A stretch of DNA of 10,771 nucleotides from Azolla caroliniana. Taxonomy: Eukaryota > Plantae > Polypodiophyta. Below the pieces are notes generated by a model that was given only the letters and a program-made list of their open reading frames with translations, did no database searches and had not been told where the DNA came from. The position numbers were made by a program, and so were the translations under genes. Shown here one piece after another: positions 8,011-10,771 of the stretch (within the stretch, counting starts at the first letter, position 1; each line of letters starts with the position of its first letter). The DNA lies in assembly GCA_043228905.1 (NCBI GenBank), contig JBHGNT010001231.1, positions 1-10,771 on the forward strand. The letters are read 5' to 3'.

Positions 8011-8126
8011 GAAAGAAAGAAAGAAATACCCGTCTGCCTACCCACCTTCTCTGTGTAAGTTTCTCTTCTTTTCTTTCTTCTCCCGTTTGTGTGTCTGTGT
8101 GTCTCTCGTTTCGTTTCGTTTCGTTT
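8011..8126. repeat. Short tandem repeats (GAAA)4 at 8011-8026 and (CGTTT)4 at 8107-8126
   Basis: Read directly from the sequence. Confidence 0.85.
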
Positions 8127-8187
8127 CTTCTGTGCGCGCAAAGGCGAGCAACAGTGCGACCATGAATGAATGGGGTATGTTTGCTCT

Positions 8188-8241
8188 CTTCTTCTTCTTC
8201 TTCTTCTTCTTCTTCTTCTCTCTCTCTCTCTCTCTCTCTCT
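8188..8241. repeat. Compound microsatellite (CTT)10(CT)12
   Basis: Read directly. On the gene's sense strand it is (AG)12(AAG)10, a GAGA-type element. Confidence 0.97.
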
Positions 8242-8344
8242 GCTTTTTTGGGAAAGACGAAGACGACGCGTTTCGTTGACAGGTTCCTTGCTTCCTTCCT
8301 CAATCCTTCACATGGCCAGGCAGGCCGGCCATATGCCCCATGCC

Positions 8345-8404
8345 CATCACCATCACCATCACCATCACCATCATCATCATCTTTCTTTCTTTCTTTCTTT
8401 CTTT
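8345..8404. repeat. Compound microsatellite (CATCAC)4(CAT)4(CTTT)6
   Basis: Read directly from the sequence. Confidence 0.97.
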
Positions 8405-8520
8405 CTTCTTCGCGAATCGCGTTTCATGCAATTTCCAAATGTTGGTAGTGTGTACATTGTGGTTGTTTCTGGCCGATCGTATTCGGTACATAGCACATGC
8501 AGCCGGGACAACACCAACAA

Positions 8521-8544
8521 ATGTATGTATGTATGTATGTATGT
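8521..8544. repeat. (ATGT)6 microsatellite
   Basis: Read directly from the sequence. Confidence 0.95.
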
Positions 8545-8586
8545 AAGTGTCGTGCCGCTAGAGGGTGGGGGATGAAGCAAGATATG

Positions 8587-8603
8587 CCCCCCCCCCCCCC
8601 CCC
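8587..8603. repeat. C17 homopolymer (G17 on the minus strand)
   Basis: Read directly. The exact length may be affected by sequencing error. Confidence 0.95.
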
Positions 8604-10771
8604 ACATAATGATTGCTCGATTGGAGTTCGTGATCGTCAGGCCCAATGTTCGACTCGAAATCCATCCTTTTTCCAAGGATAGAAATCAACCGGCCATCCA
8701 TGTCTTCTCGTGTTCTTCTCATCGTTTGATCATACCAGATCTCGCCAACATTGAACATCAGTTATATGCATTCGATGGAAATGAGAGGATAGTCTTATAA
8801 GGTCTTATGATGCAAGACATGTTGCAAACTCAACAGCACATGTAACAATAGACCACAAACTAAAAAAAATGTTGTTTAACTCTACGATGAAAAAAAATGT
8901 GTTGTTTTTTGAGTGGCTAGAGAATGGATGGAAACGCTTTGAGAAGCTAAATGATATAGTAGTTATGGTTGATGACACTTTTACTCTGTGGCTTTGCTAC
9001 GGAGCTTGACTTTTCGAAGGGAAAAAAAATAGTGCTTTCATCTTCTCGAATATTGGAGACCTTCTCTATTTGGTACACTATTCACAAGTGTGTTAAAACA
9101 CACACATGTATGTAGTCAGTTATCCAAAAGAGGAGAGTTTAGATACGGGAAAGTCACATACTTTCACATCTTTTTCACATATGACATGTTAAACTATTTA
9201 GTGACATCAAACATCTCCATCATCTTCTTTGGATGTACATAGTGAAATTAATTCTCTTTATTATATAGGCGACTAGCTTTGCATGGGTGTTAACCTATAA
9301 TTTACAAATTGACCAAGGTTATGCCTCCTCCCCTACGTTGATTCATGGATCACATCAATTACCCATAAGATAGCATCATCATGTCAGGAAAGCCCCAAAA
9401 TTTGTTGGGATTAACGCAAAATTGCATTGCACTATTGCATGTCAAGATAAGTTATGTTCATTTGTTAGTTCCATTGTGTGAGTTGCCCCATGAATCTTAA
9501 TTGAAAGATGTGTAGAATTCACTAAACAATTGTGTAAGTAGAATCTAAATGAACATGTGATAATATAGTCCTACAAGACATGGACAAAGAAAGCCATTAA
9601 ATGAAGACATAATTGCATGCCAATGTTTCGCAATGCTATTTTCATGTTTCATTGTTGTGCGCAAAGAACTGTACCATTGCTATAAAAAATAAAGGGCACC
9701 TCCATATGCAAATGTGAAATTTTCATTTAACCATGTCTAATTACATGCATCATTCTTGAAATTTGAAATGTACGGGGTGAAGTCAGAAGACATAAAGGAG
9801 AAAATATGGGCATCAATTATGGCTAAGCTAGCCCACCTCATGATATATAGACAAATGTCATAGATATCCATTTCTCTCAAGTATGAGGTGATTAAATAAA
9901 AAAATTAGCTAATAAAATGTTATGATTCTATAGATATGGACACACAAAACATGATGATTGTCACTTTGCTTTTGAAATTCACATAAATGAAAACAACAAG
10001 TCGACCCATTTACAAAAGTATTCCAATGCATAAAAACAAATAAAGTAATTGTCACCTCACAAACACTATGTGTAGTAGTAGTTCATAATGTATTACTTTG
10101 TCATGTTTTTATTCCTTGACATAATAAGCCAAAGTGTGCATGCTCTTCTTTATTGGCACTTCATCGATCATGATTGAAAGACACACATCGCTATTACAAT
10201 GCAAAGGATAAAAAGAGGGTTCAAATGGATTACCATGCAATCAATGGCTAGCTCTTTGTATATTACGTTTACTTGAATATATAAATAGGATGTTTTTGTA
10301 GTGATTAACAACTTAGACCAAAGGCATTCATCTTCGTCTTAATATACACACATATGATCATAACACGTGTTCCATCATCTCGATTCTCAAGTTAGGCATG
10401 TGATGTTCACAGCACACGGTCCTCCATAATTCATCTTAAAAGAACATGACCTTTTTCTTCCTCTCCACATCAACATCCAACATCATTATCCAAGTTTGTG
10501 TATATGTTCAAAAGATATGCAAGTATAGAAGTGACAAGTTAAATTTGAGCAATTTGTTGGGAGAAAGAGAGACACGCACACAAAATGGGACATGTGCAAA
10601 ATTATCGTGTGCACGTGTATTGTTGAGAAAGAAAAAAGAAATTTAACATCTTGGAGATTACATCAAAATGTAGTCTCATGCAAGAGTACTAAAGCAAAAG
10701 GGAAGTTTTTTGAAGTATTGGATTCTTGCACGTTCATATATTTGTAATTAACCTTAAATTTTCCTCTCTTT

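Noticed and set aside
7923-8682. ORFs with poly-His, poly-Arg, poly-Leu, poly-Phe, PSPS or MVMV tracts
   Set aside because: They result from stop-free microsatellites that are open in several frames on both strands.
8558-8800. Overlapping short ORFs (8558-8758 minus, 8609-8800 plus) as an upstream exon or small gene
   Set aside because: The composition is somewhat coding-like, but I recognise no motif and found no convincing splice path into the MED26-like exon 1. RNA-seq would be needed.
9834-9890. Inverted repeat CACCTCAT...ATGAGGTG as a MITE or miRNA hairpin
   Set aside because: It is only 8 bp with an unpaired interior and no target-site duplication, which is expected by chance.
1-10771. 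CRISPR array, tRNA/rRNA genes or prokaryotic operon or defence system
   Set aside because: I saw no repeat-spacer periodicity or tRNA/rRNA motifs. Spliceosomal introns and plant retroelements show the sequence is eukaryotic.

Overview
Eukaryotic, most likely land-plant, genomic DNA. A non-seed plant such as a fern is inferred from the transposon types and microsatellite style. Bases 1-4500 are a pile of dead, nested retroelements: a Ty1/copia RT fragment (+, 1-303); an internally deleted Ty3/gypsy element of the PEG10/sushi/Tcn1 type (-, about 315-2110); the 3' part of a second LTR (+, about 2111-2550); and a decayed LINE ORF2 with a (TC)n tail (+, about 2556-4500), interrupted by a 170-bp GC-rich hairpin-rich insert. 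The gypsy element has a 289-bp LTR, a 340-bp tandem duplication in gag, a GGGAAAC -1 frameshift site and an apparent Tf1-like self-priming site instead of a tRNA PBS. Bases 5180-7993 hold an intact 9-exon minus-strand gene for a plant MED26a/b-like TFIIS N-terminal domain protein (478 aa, assembled by hand with all GT-AG introns in phase). A dense microsatellite cluster lies upstream (8011-8603), and 8800-10771 is AT-rich sequence I could not interpret. I found no demonstrably new biological system. The best leads are the retrotransposon's cis-signals (self-primer, a hairpin across the predicted TSS, the frameshift stem) and the unexplained insert at 2818-2987. All family assignments rest on motif recognition from memory, not on database searches.
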